64,000 nucleotides of DNA from a candidate division Kazan bacterium RIFCSPHIGHO2_01_FULL_44_14 (GCA_001771185.1 METB01000001.1:94520-158519), one strand, 5' to 3'. Positions 18,934 to 31,354 are shown, counted from the first letter of the stretch. Made by a program: numbers and translations. The notes: generated by a model not told the origin, from the sequence alone.

Positions 18934-20148
18934 TTACTTGACTGGGAATTTCCTAGTCAAGACCTGCACTTCCTTTTTCACCGCCGATAATACAGCCGGA
19001 CTGCTAGGTTTGTCCACCACTTTAGCAATCATCATGGATACCTCGGCCATCTCCCGCTCCCCCATCCCCCGACTAGTTAACACTGAAGTTCCAAGTCGCA
19101 AACCAGACGGATCAAAGGGACTCCGCAGGTCACCCGGAATCATATTTTTGTTGGTGATAATTCCCACCTTTTCCAAAGCCCGTTCCGCCTTCATCCCAGT
19201 AATATTTTTGGAAGTTAAATCGATCAATATCATGTGATTGTTGGTCCCACCAGTAACGAGAGTGAAGCCCAATTTCCGTAGACCAATAGCCAGGGCTTTG
19301 GCGTTAGCCACTACAGCCAAAGCATAGCGTCTAAATTCTGGCTTGGATGCATTTTGTAAACAAATTGCTTTAGCCGCGGTAATGTTGTCGTGTGGACCAC
19401 CCTGTAACCCCGGGAAGATGGCCTTGTCAATGGCTTCGGCTAATTGTTTTTTACACATGATGATTGCGCCCCGAGGACCGCGTAAGGTTTTGTGGGTAGT
19501 GGTCATTACAATATCAGCGTGCGGAAATGGTTGAGGATGAACTCCGCCAGCAATTAGACCGGCGATATGAGAAATATCGGCTAATAAATATCCACCGGCT
19601 TTTTTAGCGATTTTGCCGAACCTGGCAAAATCAATTTCTCTGGGATAAGCCGTCGCTCCGCAGACAATAATTTTGGGCTTGAAAATTTTAGCCATGGTTT
19701 CGATTTCGTCGTAATTAAGTAAACCGGTCTCTGGATCAACTCCATACTGAATAAACTTATAGGCCTTGCCCGAAAAATTAACTTTGTGACCGTGGGTTAG
19801 ATGACCACCGTGGGGTAAACTCATACCCATGACCGTGTCACCAAATTTCAACAGAGCGGTGTAAATGGCAATGTTGGCCGGACTGCCGGAATAGGGTTGA
19901 ACATTGGCATGCTCGGCGCCAAAGAGTTTCTTGGCCGTATTTTGGGCGATGGTCTCAATTTGGTCAACTACCTCATTGCCACCATAGTAGCGTTTGCCGG
20001 GATAACCCTCGGAGTATTTATTCATTAAAACCGAGCCGGTCGCCTCGCGAATCTCGGCTGGAGCAATATTTTCTGACGCAATCAAAGACAGTGTCTCTTG
20101 TTGACGCTTGGCTTCGGCTTTAATTAGATCTTCGATAGTTTTAGACAC
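18934..20148 (-). CDS. glyA: Serine hydroxymethyltransferase
   Basis: LIASENIAPAEIREATGSVLMNKYSEGYPGKRYYGG...TTTHKTLRGPRG is the PLP-Lys region; SHMT-typical length. Confidence 0.95.
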   Translation of the reverse strand: MSKTIEDLIKAEAKRQQETLSLIASENIAPAEIREATGSVLMNKYSEGYPGKRYYGGNEVVDQIETIAQNTAKKLFGAEHANVQPYSGSPANIAIYTALLKFGDTVMGMSLPHGGHLTHGHKVNFSGKAYKFIQYGVDPETGLLNYDEIETMAKIFKPKIIVCGATAYPREIDFARFGKIAKKAGGYLLADISHIAGLIAGGVHPQPFPHADIVMTTTHKTLRGPRGAIIMCKKQLAEAIDKAIFPGLQGGPHDNITAAKAICLQNASKPEFRRYALAVVANAKALAIGLRKLGFTLVTGGTNNHMILIDLTSKNITGMKAERALEKVGIITNKNMIPGDLRSPFDPSGLRLGTSVLTSRGMGEREMAEVSMMIAKVVDKPSSPAVLSAVKKEVQVLTRKFPVK

Positions 20149-20361
20149 CTTTTTATTCTACCTGATTGCCGTTTGCAGGGGAACCAGGAAAAAGATATAC
20201 TGGGTCTGTTATTTTGCCCTAGAACCTGTTCTGTTAGAAACCGCCAAGGGGGACACTAAGTTGGTCTGCTTAGTTGGCGGCTGATGGGATGGAGTTGACC
20301 AATCATCTAGGGCGGTGGCAATAATTTTTCTAAATCATAGCCACATAAGGTTTTTAACGGG

Positions 20362-21639
20362 ATGAAAAAATACGCTTTTTTGTTAGGATCTCATCCGCTG
20401 ATTAGTTTCCTAGAGATCCTGAATATTTTATCGGTAGAGAAAATCCCCCATGGCTCAATTGAGCGAATGGCAGAGATTCTGATTATCCAACTAAAGACCA
20501 CCGACACAAAAATCAAAAAACTCCAAGAGATACTGGGCGGAACAATTAAAATTATCGAAATCGTGGATGACTACCGAGGCACGATTTTTCAGTTGGACAA
20601 AATCCTGACTCGGGAAAATTTGTTGGCTAATTATTTCTCGCAACATAGTAGCAAAATTAATTTTGGGATTTCGGTCTATACCACCAAATCACTGGTCTAT
20701 GCTGAAATTAATTGGCTCCGGAATTTTGCTTACCAACTGAAACGCCGGTTCAAGGACAAGTACAGCATCCGGTATGTGGATGAGAAAAATTTTGAGTTGT
20801 CCTCGGTGATGGTTGCGAATAATAAATTGGTGGAGACCGGCGCTGAAATCGTCATCATTAAACAGGAAAAAAGTTTCTTGGTCGGCCGAACTCGGACAGT
20901 GCAGGACTTCCGCAGTTATGCCCAGCGAGATATGGAAAAACCCAGTCCGAATCCAAAGTCAGGGATGTTGCCACCTAAGCTGGCCCAGATGATCCTGAAT
21001 CTGTCTCGCGATACTGGGCAAAACCAAGTGTTCGACCCGTTCTGTGGGAGCGGGATTATCCTACAGGAGGCCTTGCTAGTGGGCCTGGAGGTGCTAGGAG
21101 CCGACATTGAGCAAGAAGCCGTTGACGACACGGTCGAGAACCTGGAGTGGTTAATTAAGACCTACAATGCGGCAGCGCCAAAACTGGGCACCGAGAAAAT
21201 CAAAAAAATCAGTATTGCCGGCAAAGTCCGAGTGGCTGATGCGACTCGGTCGCGGTGGGAGAAGGCCAACCAAACCAATACTTTCATTGCCACCGAACCA
21301 TACCTGGGACCACCTCAACGGGGACCAGTATTAATCCATCACGCTAGAGAAATTGCGACCCAATTAGAGACCCTGTATTTGGGATTTTTCACTAACTTGA
21401 AAAAGAATTTCCCCAAGATCAAACGAATCGGAATTGTCTTCCCGATTATCAAAACCAATGAAGGATTGCTGTACTTGAATATTTTAGACAAGGTCAAAGA
21501 CCTCGGTTATATTCGGCGTGATTTTCTGCCAGCCGAGGAAGCCAAGAAAGAGGCGTTAGCAACCCATCGCGGAGGATTACTCTACTCTCGTCCAGACGCG
21601 TTCGTAATTAGAGAATTGTTCGTGTTTGAAAAAAGATAA
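20362..21639 (+). CDS. THUMP-domain RNA methyltransferase (putative tRNA/rRNA guanine-N2 methyltransferase)
   Basis: SAM motif I VFDPFCGSGIILQEA and a catalytic ATEPYLG ((D/N/E)PPY-like) motif. The N-terminal region is THUMP-like. Confidence 0.7.
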   Translation: MKKYAFLLGSHPLISFLEILNILSVEKIPHGSIERMAEILIIQLKTTDTKIKKLQEILGGTIKIIEIVDDYRGTIFQLDKILTRENLLANYFSQHSSKINFGISVYTTKSLVYAEINWLRNFAYQLKRRFKDKYSIRYVDEKNFELSSVMVANNKLVETGAEIVIIKQEKSFLVGRTRTVQDFRSYAQRDMEKPSPNPKSGMLPPKLAQMILNLSRDTGQNQVFDPFCGSGIILQEALLVGLEVLGADIEQEAVDDTVENLEWLIKTYNAAAPKLGTEKIKKISIAGKVRVADATRSRWEKANQTNTFIATEPYLGPPQRGPVLIHHAREIATQLETLYLGFFTNLKKNFPKIKRIGIVFPIIKTNEGLLYLNILDKVKDLGYIRRDFLPAEEAKKEALATHRGGLLYSRPDAFVIRELFVFEKR

Positions 21640-21877
21640 TGAGCGCTGGGCGACGCTCAACCCGCCGTTACTTTCCTCTTGGGGAAAGTAACCAAAGCCA
21701 TGGCCCTGTTCGCTCGGTCTATGAATAAAGAGCTAAATCTCCTTGGCGTTCTCGCCAAACTCCTCCCCGTGGTCGTCAAACATGCGGCTCCACCCCCGGA
21801 GATTTGGCTATTCATGAACGACCTCGCTCCGAAGGGCCGGTAGAAATATTGCCTGGGAGTGAATTATACAGTAACCT

Positions 21878-22204
21878 GTGGGTGTCTTGATGTGGCTTGA
21901 AAATTTGGAGGTAATTGTGATGGAAACGGCTGGAACAACTATGCCGTCTGAAGATCTGTCGTGGGATGAGAGATGGGCAATGGGGTTATGGCGCCTTTGC
22001 GAGTGGCTAAACAATGATTTGCCCCTAATCGCCAATCGCTTAATATCCAAAGCCATATCCATTTTGGGATGCTGGCTGGGTGTGGCAATTGGCTTGCTTC
22101 TACGAATCACGGGGGTCAGCTTCACGATAGTAATAATCATAATTTGGGTGGCAACTCTAATTATAGCCATTTCCTTATACCCCCCAGAGGACAACTATTG
22201 CTGA
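21878..22204 (+). CDS. Small hypothetical membrane protein (108 aa)
   Basis: ORF with 2 TM segments; one of three consecutive small + strand membrane ORFs in different frames. It could be a gene fragment. Confidence 0.3.
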   Translation: MGVLMWLENLEVIVMETAGTTMPSEDLSWDERWAMGLWRLCEWLNNDLPLIANRLISKAISILGCWLGVAIGLLLRITGVSFTIVIIIIWVATLIIAISLYPPEDNYC

Positions 22205-22274
22205 AATCTTTGTTACTAGTGCTTTGTTTTGAATTTGCGAAACTTCGCGTTCAGAAACCTTGGAGGTGAGTTGA

Positions 22275-22550
22275 GTGAAGAAAGTTTTAGTTTCCCTAGT
22301 GAAGTGGCTGGTGCTAGTTCCCCTTTCCGTTGCCACAATTGCCATAGTCGGTGTTTTTACCGGAATTATGGTCTACCTTGGCGGGAACGCAGTCATCAGC
22401 ATCTGCCAGTACCCGCCACAGTCGATAGACGCCTGGGGATGGGGATTTAGTTTGTCTCTAGCGCTGCTTCTGTTGGCCGGTGCAAGTTATGGCATCTCTA
22501 CGTTCTGCGAGTTTGCGCCAAGGATGGCAGTAAACCTGGAGTCGCTTTGA
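22275..22550 (+). CDS. Small hypothetical membrane protein (91 aa)
   Basis: ORF with 2-3 TM helices. No homology is recognisable. Confidence 0.3.
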   Translation: MKKVLVSLVKWLVLVPLSVATIAIVGVFTGIMVYLGGNAVISICQYPPQSIDAWGWGFSLSLALLLLAGASYGISTFCEFAPRMAVNLESL

Positions 22551-22600
22551 AGCAGTCCTTATTATTAAGTCTCAACCATCGAAATAGGAGGTGATGGGTT

Positions 22601-22885
22601 GTGAGAATGTCTGGCAAGCAAGAAAGCCCTGTTGCAAGAATGGAACGGTTGGCCAAACGGCTTCGACTTTTCTACTGGGTAGCGATCACGTTGCGCAACA
22701 TCATGTTTTGGACGATGCTGATTCGGATAACTAGCCTCGTACTAGTAGTTACCGATCACGCATCCCCAACAACCGTTACGTCATTAGTTCAGCTGAATGT
22801 GTCACACGCCCTTTCCTTCCTAATCATGGCAGGATTGGCTGCCGTGATTAAGCGTACCTTGGGAGACGAATTTACCCCCGGTTAA
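22601..22885 (+). CDS. Small hypothetical membrane protein (94 aa)
   Basis: ORF with TM helices. It ends inside a strong GC hairpin (22874..22900). Confidence 0.3.
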   Translation: MRMSGKQESPVARMERLAKRLRLFYWVAITLRNIMFWTMLIRITSLVLVVTDHASPTTVTSLVQLNVSHALSFLIMAGLAAVIKRTLGDEFTPG

Positions 22886-22900
22886 AACCCGGGGGTTTAA
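22874..22900 (+). terminator. Terminator-like GC hairpin
   Basis: acccccgg-ttaaaac-ccgggggt is an 8-bp G/C stem, followed by ttaaatt, a weak U-run. Confidence 0.45.
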
Positions 22901-22976
22901 ATTACCCCCCCCTTGACCCCAACCCCCAGATACGCTAATCTGGCAAAGTAGTAATTTGATGCTTCCCCCTATTTTA

Positions 22977-23062
22977 TGGGGTCCCCGAAATGGTCTAATT
23001 CCGATGAACAGAGAAATGAACATTTTGGGGAAGAGGAGAAATCCTTGAGCATCAAAAGCGCC
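22977..23062 (+). ncRNA. Conserved ~85-nt structured element, copy 1 (second copy at 32946..33030); putative small RNA or cis-regulatory leader upstream of rpmA
   Basis: gggGtccccgaaatggtctaattccgatgaacagagaaatgaacattttgggga... aligns with the copy at 32946. A 10-bp stem ccccgaaaug / cauuuugggg is preserved in both copies through a G-C to G-U change. Confidence 0.4.
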
Positions 23063-23108
23063 ATGTCAGCTTGCCTGACACAAGCGTTAAAGCGAAAGGA
23101 TTTGGACG

Positions 23109-23381
23109 ATGGCTCATGTAAAAGCGGCCGGGACATCTAAAAACCTGAAGGACTCCAAGCCAAAAATGCTCGGGGTCAAAATCTATGGCAACCAATCGGT
23201 AAAGACCGGTGATATTATCATTCGCCAACGCGGTCAGAAATATCGCTCTGGTGAAAATACCCAGATGGGTAAAGACCATACAATTTTCGCGATGAAGCCG
23301 GGCAAGGTGAACTTTAAAGTTCACCGGGTACGCAAAGATGGGATTCGGACGGCGACGGCAATGTTTGTGAGTGTACAATAG
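23109..23381 (+). CDS. rpmA: 50S ribosomal protein L27
   Basis: MAHVKAAGTSKNLKDSKPKMLGVKIYGNQ...RQRGQKYRSGENTQMGKDHTIFA matches the L27 family. Confidence 0.9.
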   Translation: MAHVKAAGTSKNLKDSKPKMLGVKIYGNQSVKTGDIIIRQRGQKYRSGENTQMGKDHTIFAMKPGKVNFKVHRVRKDGIRTATAMFVSVQ

Positions 23382-23478
23382 CCGACTTCCCGTCATGCTG
23401 AATTTAATTCAGCATCTACTCTCATAGATCCTGAAACTCCTCGGTTAACTCGGGACATCGCAAGTTCAGGACGACATT

Positions 23479-25143
23479 TTATTGTACTAGAGCCGTTGGT
23501 CGTTCGCTTCGCTCTAAGCCCTGCAACAGGGAGCTTTCGCGAATGACGGCACCAACAAATTCTCGAAACAGGGGATGCGGACGATTGGGGCGGGATTTAA
23601 ATTCGGGATGAAACTGGACCCCAACAAACCAAGGATGATCTTTGAGTTCTATAATCTCGACCAATTCATTGCTGGGCGAAATACCAGACAACACCATCCC
23701 GAATTTTTCAACATCTTTGCGATATTGATTATTAAATTCGAATCGGTGACGGTGACGCTCTGAAATCGGACTTTTTTGATAAGCATCATATGCTCGGCTG
23801 CCTTTTTTTAGTTCGGCCGGGTAAGCACCGAGCCGCATTGTTCCACCTTTATTCACGACTGTTTTTTGATATTCCATAATGTGAATCACTGGATGCGTGG
23901 TGGCTTCATCAAATTCAGTACTATTGGCGTCAGCCCAGCCCAACACATTGCGAGCAAATTCAATCACGGCAATCTGCATCCCCAAACATAATCCTAAATA
24001 TGGAATCTGATTTTCACGGCAATATTGGGATGCTTTGATCTTGCCTTCAATCCCACGAATCCCGAATCCACCTGGCACGACATAGCCATCGCAACCCCGC
24101 ATAGTTTCCGCCACATTAGTATTGGGGCTACCTAACTCTTCGGCATCAATCCAACGCAGTTTGACATCGACATTATGATACCAACTCGCAGCTCGAAGCG
24201 CTTCAAAAACACAAATATAGGTGTCTTCCATGGTAGTATATTTGGCAACAATGCCGATATTGATTTGTCGCTTGTCTGACTTAATTTTTCCAACCAACTC
24301 TTTCCATTCAGATAAGTTAGGGGACTGGGGGGTCAGTTTCAACTTCTCCTCAATCACTTCGCCTAAGCCATAATTTTCCAGCGTCAACGGAACTTCATAA
24401 ACCGTGTCAGCCGTTTCTAGTGGCACAATATTTTTAATCGGTAAATTACCGGCCCGAGCGATTTTATCCAATCCCGACCGAGAAATGGGATGATCGCTCC
24501 GACAGAAAACAGCGTCAGGAGTAATTCCCAATCCTTGCAAGTCACGAATACTGTATTGAGCCGGACGGGTCTTAACTTCTTTAGTAACACCCAAATAGGG
24601 CAAGAATACTGTATGGCAATACATCACATTGTCTTGACCTAGTTCATTCCGCATTTGGCGGATGGCTTCAAGATAGTGGAATCCTTCGAAATCCCCTACC
24701 GTTCCGCCAACTTCGACTACGGCAATATCAGCATTAACTTTAGTCGCTCCGCTGATAATTAATGATTTCACTTCATCGGTCAGGTGGGGGATTACCTGCA
24801 CTGTTTTTCCCAAGAAATCCCCTCTTCGTTCTCTGGCGATAACATCTGAATACACCCGACCAGTCATAATTGATGAGTCCTGGGTCAGATTTTCATCAAT
24901 GAACCGTTCGTAGTGGCCAAGGTCCAAATCGGTTTCGGCCCCATCATCGGTGACAAAAACTTCACCGTGTTCTCCTGGATTTAAAGTCCCAGCATCATAG
25001 TTGATGTACTGATCCAGCTTCTGCATAAAAATTTTGTATCCGCGGGCCTTTAAGATGTTGCCAATTGAAGCGGCGGCGATGCCTTTACCGAGACCGGATA
25101 GCACTCCCCCGGTGACAAAAATAAATTTAATTTGTTTTTCCAT
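23479..25143 (-). CDS. pyrG: CTP synthase
   Basis: MEKQIKFIFVTGGVLSGLGKGIAAASIGNILK at the N-terminus, then a GATase domain with GLCLGMQ. Confidence 0.95.
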   Translation of the reverse strand: MEKQIKFIFVTGGVLSGLGKGIAAASIGNILKARGYKIFMQKLDQYINYDAGTLNPGEHGEVFVTDDGAETDLDLGHYERFIDENLTQDSSIMTGRVYSDVIARERRGDFLGKTVQVIPHLTDEVKSLIISGATKVNADIAVVEVGGTVGDFEGFHYLEAIRQMRNELGQDNVMYCHTVFLPYLGVTKEVKTRPAQYSIRDLQGLGITPDAVFCRSDHPISRSGLDKIARAGNLPIKNIVPLETADTVYEVPLTLENYGLGEVIEEKLKLTPQSPNLSEWKELVGKIKSDKRQINIGIVAKYTTMEDTYICVFEALRAASWYHNVDVKLRWIDAEELGSPNTNVAETMRGCDGYVVPGGFGIRGIEGKIKASQYCRENQIPYLGLCLGMQIAVIEFARNVLGWADANSTEFDEATTHPVIHIMEYQKTVVNKGGTMRLGAYPAELKKGSRAYDAYQKSPISERHRHRFEFNNQYRKDVEKFGMVLSGISPSNELVEIIELKDHPWFVGVQFHPEFKSRPNRPHPLFREFVGAVIRESSLLQGLERSERPTALVQ

Positions 25144-25274
25144 AATTCTACTATTCTGAACGCTTCTTCGTCATTCTCTGGCTTGACCAGAGAATCCAGA
25201 AAAGAAAATTAAAATCTTTTTCTGTCTGGATCCTCGGGTTCCGTCGGAACGGCCCCGAGGATGACATCAGAATG

Positions 25275-26423
25275 TCACTTATAAACGCGTTCAATATATT
25301 CTGGAATCCGAGTAACGATTTCATAATTAATTGTGTCAGCCCAATCGGCAATATCGGTAGCTGTAATTTGTCTGTTCTGGCTTTTACCAATCAATACTAC
25401 CTCGTCCCCTACTTTGGCCCGTGGACGCCGACTAATATCTAAAATTGTCATATTCATACACACCCGACCAACGATGGGCACCCCCGCGCCTTTCAGTAGC
25501 GCAAACCCCATATTGCCAAGCGACCTCGGCAATCCTTCAGCATAACCGACTGGAATAACTCCCAGGGTCATCGCTTGCGGTGCCTGGAAAGTGTGACCAT
25601 AGCCAACATAAGCACCGGCCTTAATTCGTCTAACATGAATCAAGCGGGTCTTGTAGGTTAACGCCGGTCGCAACTTAAAACCGCGTGTCTTCTTGCTCCT
25701 TTTACACCAAAGTTCTACCCCCCGGGACGGCCAAAGACCGTACATTTCTATCCCTATCCTAACACAATTAAATCGACTGTCGGTTAGCATGGTGGTCGCA
25801 GCTGAAGCGGCTAATGAAATGAGCGGAACTTTAATTCCAAGGGTTTCGATTTTATTAATCGCCCGCTCAAAGACCCGAATTTGATCGTTAGTATAACTTT
25901 GATTTAATTCTTCAACACTGGCTAAATGCGAGTACAACCCTTCCAATTCAAAATAGCGCGGACGGGCCACAATGGCCTTGGTGGTTTTAATTAATTCATC
26001 AATCGTCGCAAATCCGAGGCGATTGATGCCAGTATCCAACTTGAGATGAACGATGGCTTTCTTGTTTAAAATATTCGTCAACCGAGCGGTAGTTCGATAC
26101 GACTCGGCATTGTAAATCGACATCGCCACTTTGTTTTTGATTAGGGTTGGAATGTCGTCTTTACTGACCGCTCCCAATACGACAATCGGCTGTAAGACAC
26201 CCTTGCGTCGCAACTCCAGCGCCTCACTAGCAGTTACTACACCCAGATGAGTCGCGCCGGAACGAAGTGCTTGGCGGGAAACTTCAAACAAGCCATGCCC
26301 ATAAGCATTGGCTTTAACTATCGCGATGATTTTTATTCCCGGCTTAAGTAGTCCTTTAATCTGCTTGATGTTGTGATCAATTGCTTTTAAGTCAATCGTC
26401 AACCAGGATAGCGGACTACTCAT
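25275..26423 (-). CDS. alr: Alanine racemase
   Basis: IAIVKANAYGHG is the PLP-binding Lys motif. Confidence 0.9.
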   Translation of the reverse strand: MSSPLSWLTIDLKAIDHNIKQIKGLLKPGIKIIAIVKANAYGHGLFEVSRQALRSGATHLGVVTASEALELRRKGVLQPIVVLGAVSKDDIPTLIKNKVAMSIYNAESYRTTARLTNILNKKAIVHLKLDTGINRLGFATIDELIKTTKAIVARPRYFELEGLYSHLASVEELNQSYTNDQIRVFERAINKIETLGIKVPLISLAASAATTMLTDSRFNCVRIGIEMYGLWPSRGVELWCKRSKKTRGFKLRPALTYKTRLIHVRRIKAGAYVGYGHTFQAPQAMTLGVIPVGYAEGLPRSLGNMGFALLKGAGVPIVGRVCMNMTILDISRRPRAKVGDEVVLIGKSQNRQITATDIADWADTINYEIVTRIPEYIERVYK

Positions 26424-26586
26424 TTACTACAACTTAATTTAAAACCCAAAGAGAAAACCGACCCAAAACCATTGTATGCCCCCTGAAACATACCTCTCTA
26501 TAGTACTACAAAATTCCCAAGGGGGAGCGGACAGTAGTCAATCCGATCTCTTCCCTTGATTAATTAGATTGGTATTCAGCGTCCCG

Positions 26587-28650
<2,064 letters not shown>

Positions 28651-28738
28651 TCAACAGAGAGATAAGCGGACCGTATAGTATTGGGCCACTTTTCACCTAC
28701 TTTATTATAGCCAAAATCACCTTTGGCTACAAGAGATT

Positions 28739-31024
28739 TTACTCGTCCCTTAGACGGGCCTTATGACGCTCTAGAAGCGTGTTTTCTACTATATCAGCAA
28801 CCCGCTCACGATCTTCTTTAGTGAGCGTACGCAAAGGCGACCTTAACTCAATATGGAAGGCCACACTACGCTGTCCCGAACCGACCGAGGAACGACCACG
28901 ATCCGATGAGTTAAAAATGTCGAATAGTTCAACTTTATCGACTAATGGATCGACTCCCCAAATATCTTTGACTAAATCAGCAATCCTAATGCGATCAGGG
29001 ATGAAGAAAGCCATGTCCATTTTAACAACTGGATATTTTGGTAGTGGGCGATACAGTTTGGTTCGACGCACATGTGAAACTAGCGCACCAACATCGAGCG
29101 TTACAATGGCCTCGGTTCCGTGCTCGGTTAGTTCACTCAAAATTGTTTGATCCAAGACAAGACGTAAGCCACTGACCCCTGTAACCTCCCGCCAAACCAC
29201 TCCACTCACACCCAATTCATCTAACAACATATCAACCAAACCCCGACCAATCCGATAGGCATCTTTTTCTCGAACTCGAATTGCTAATTGTTGGGTTTCA
29301 TTGGGCAACCCTGTTTGGGAGTGAGCAAAAACCGTGCTAAGTTCAAATACTCGAAAATCACTTCGACCAAATTCCAGTTGGGCTAGACCGTTGGTTAATT
29401 CGGTTTTTAAATGAGTTCCTTCACTGCTCAAGGGATTTGCCAGTTCTACCGCCCCGGTTGTGCCCTGGTCAAATGGATGAGTGTAGATTTCAATCAGACC
29501 TAACCTTACTAGCAGTTCCTTTATCCGATTAGACACCAACACAATTTCAGGTATCTGTGGCATCCTCAATTCCATCTTCGGCATCACCGCCGGGACTTGG
29601 TCAGTCCCATAAATCCGGATTATCTCTTCGGCAATGTCGGCCACACCTTCAATATCGGTTCGATAATGAGGGACTTCAATGGTCAAATTCTCATCTGTCA
29701 GCGTGGCGGGTAAGTCCAAGCGATTCAAAATATCTACCATTTCATCAATCGGAACTTCAATCCCGAGCAATTGATTAATCTTGTCTGGACTGACCGTCAA
29801 TGCCCGAGTTATAGGTGGCAATTTTTGATGGACATCAATTAAACCAGCAATGACTTTGCAACCAGGACAAAGTTCTTGAATCAAATTAGTAATCCGCTTT
29901 AAAGCCAGTTCTGGCAAGAAGATATCCAGTCCGCGTTCAAACCGGCCACTGGCATCAGTCCGTAATCCCAACCTCCGAGAAGTGTTGCGGATTGAAACCA
30001 AATCAAAATTAGCGACTTCAATCACAATTGATTGAGTCGCGTCAGTGACTCCACTCCCCTCTCCGCCGATAATTCCAGCGACGGCCAGGGGTTGTTTGGC
30101 GTTGGCAATTACTAACGTTTGATTGTTTAATTTATAATTCGTGCCATCTAATCCGAGTAAGGCCTCCCCTGGTTTGGCCATTCTTACCACAATGTCTTTC
30201 CCACTAATTTTATCGTAATCAAAAGTATGAATTGGGTTACCTAATTCCAACATGACATAGTTGGCAGCATCAACGATATTATTGATTGGCCGAAGTCCAG
30301 AGGACAATAAAACACTTTGCATCCAGTCCGGCGAAGGCCCAACGCTAACTTGTTGAATTACTCGCGCCATATACCTAGGACAAGCCATCGAATCCTGGAC
30401 TGTTACTTGCAAAAAATCATTAACCCGACCACCTGCTTCTTTAACATCAATATTAATCGGCGGAGTAAAATCCTGTTTTAAAACAGTGGTAATTTCCCTG
30501 GCTAGGGATTTATAAGAAATATAGTCCGGCCGATTGGCTAAGATTTTCAAGTCAAGCACACTATCTCCTTCTTCTCCCAGCACTTCACTTAGAGATGTCC
30601 CCGGTGTCCGGTTGGAATCTAAAATCATAATTCCCGAAGCGTCGCCAGTTCGTCCCAATTCGGCCTGACTACACAACATTCCACTAGAGCGTTCACCCCG
30701 AATAACGGCTGACCGAATGGTCGTACCGTCTGGCAAAACTGCACCGATGGTTGCGACTGGGACTTTCTGACCAACAGCGATGTTGTGAGCCCCGCAAACA
30801 ATGTCTAGGACTTCTCCGCCAACATCTACTTTGGTTAGTTGAAGTTTATCGGCGTTAGGGTGTGGCGCAATATTTAAAATTTCACCCACTACAAAATTGG
30901 CCCACTTTCCGCTCGTAGTGATGGACTCAACTTCAGTGATATGCAAATAAATTAAATCGGACAACTCTTGGGGAGAGAGTTTCAGGTCCAACCACGATTT
31001 AAGTAATTGATAAGAAAATTTCAT
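28739..31024 (-). CDS. pheT: Phenylalanine--tRNA ligase beta subunit
   Basis: N-terminal MKFSYQLLKSWLDLKLSPQELSDLI...tRNA-binding domain; ~760 aa B3/B4 and B5 architecture. Confidence 0.93.
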   Translation of the reverse strand: MKFSYQLLKSWLDLKLSPQELSDLIYLHITEVESITTSGKWANFVVGEILNIAPHPNADKLQLTKVDVGGEVLDIVCGAHNIAVGQKVPVATIGAVLPDGTTIRSAVIRGERSSGMLCSQAELGRTGDASGIMILDSNRTPGTSLSEVLGEEGDSVLDLKILANRPDYISYKSLAREITTVLKQDFTPPINIDVKEAGGRVNDFLQVTVQDSMACPRYMARVIQQVSVGPSPDWMQSVLLSSGLRPINNIVDAANYVMLELGNPIHTFDYDKISGKDIVVRMAKPGEALLGLDGTNYKLNNQTLVIANAKQPLAVAGIIGGEGSGVTDATQSIVIEVANFDLVSIRNTSRRLGLRTDASGRFERGLDIFLPELALKRITNLIQELCPGCKVIAGLIDVHQKLPPITRALTVSPDKINQLLGIEVPIDEMVDILNRLDLPATLTDENLTIEVPHYRTDIEGVADIAEEIIRIYGTDQVPAVMPKMELRMPQIPEIVLVSNRIKELLVRLGLIEIYTHPFDQGTTGAVELANPLSSEGTHLKTELTNGLAQLEFGRSDFRVFELSTVFAHSQTGLPNETQQLAIRVREKDAYRIGRGLVDMLLDELGVSGVVWREVTGVSGLRLVLDQTILSELTEHGTEAIVTLDVGALVSHVRRTKLYRPLPKYPVVKMDMAFFIPDRIRIADLVKDIWGVDPLVDKVELFDIFNSSDRGRSSVGSGQRSVAFHIELRSPLRTLTKEDRERVADIVENTLLERHKARLRDE

Positions 31025-31066
31025 TGTTTTGTTGATTTGTTGTCATCCTGAGTGCTAACGAAGGAT

Positions 31067-31354
31067 CTAGCGAAGCGTCATGACATCTTTCATCAACGGG
31101 TTCACACTTTGTATTAATTTCAACTTTTTCGCACGTGTCCAGCCCTTAATCTTTTTTTCAGCAGTAATAGCTTCCGTTGGACTTGGGAATTCTTGAGACC
31201 AAATTATCTTATATAACCGATACCGACCAGAAAACGACTTTGCATTGTTGGTTTTATGTTCGTAGATACGTCTCTCGGGATTATTTGTAATACCAGTATA
31301 TAAAACATTGTTGTTATAATTCGTAGCAATATAGACATACCATGTTTTGTTCAT
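31067..31354 (-). CDS. Small GIY-YIG domain protein
   Basis: WYVYIATNYNNNVLYTGITNNPERRIYEH is a GIY-YIG motif. The gene is inserted between pheT and pheS. Confidence 0.7.
   Translation of the reverse strand: MNKTWYVYIATNYNNNVLYTGITNNPERRIYEHKTNNAKSFSGRYRLYKIIWSQEFPSPTEAITAEKKIKGWTRAKKLKLIQSVNPLMKDVMTLR

Noticed and set aside
20150-20361. ZTP/pfl or glycine riboswitch in the glyA 5' region
   Set aside because: glyA is a common ZTP-riboswitch target. A weak ccgcc..ggcgg stem exists, but the hallmark GGCG...ACCGGG and CCGCCUGGGC motifs are not present by eye. It is not called.
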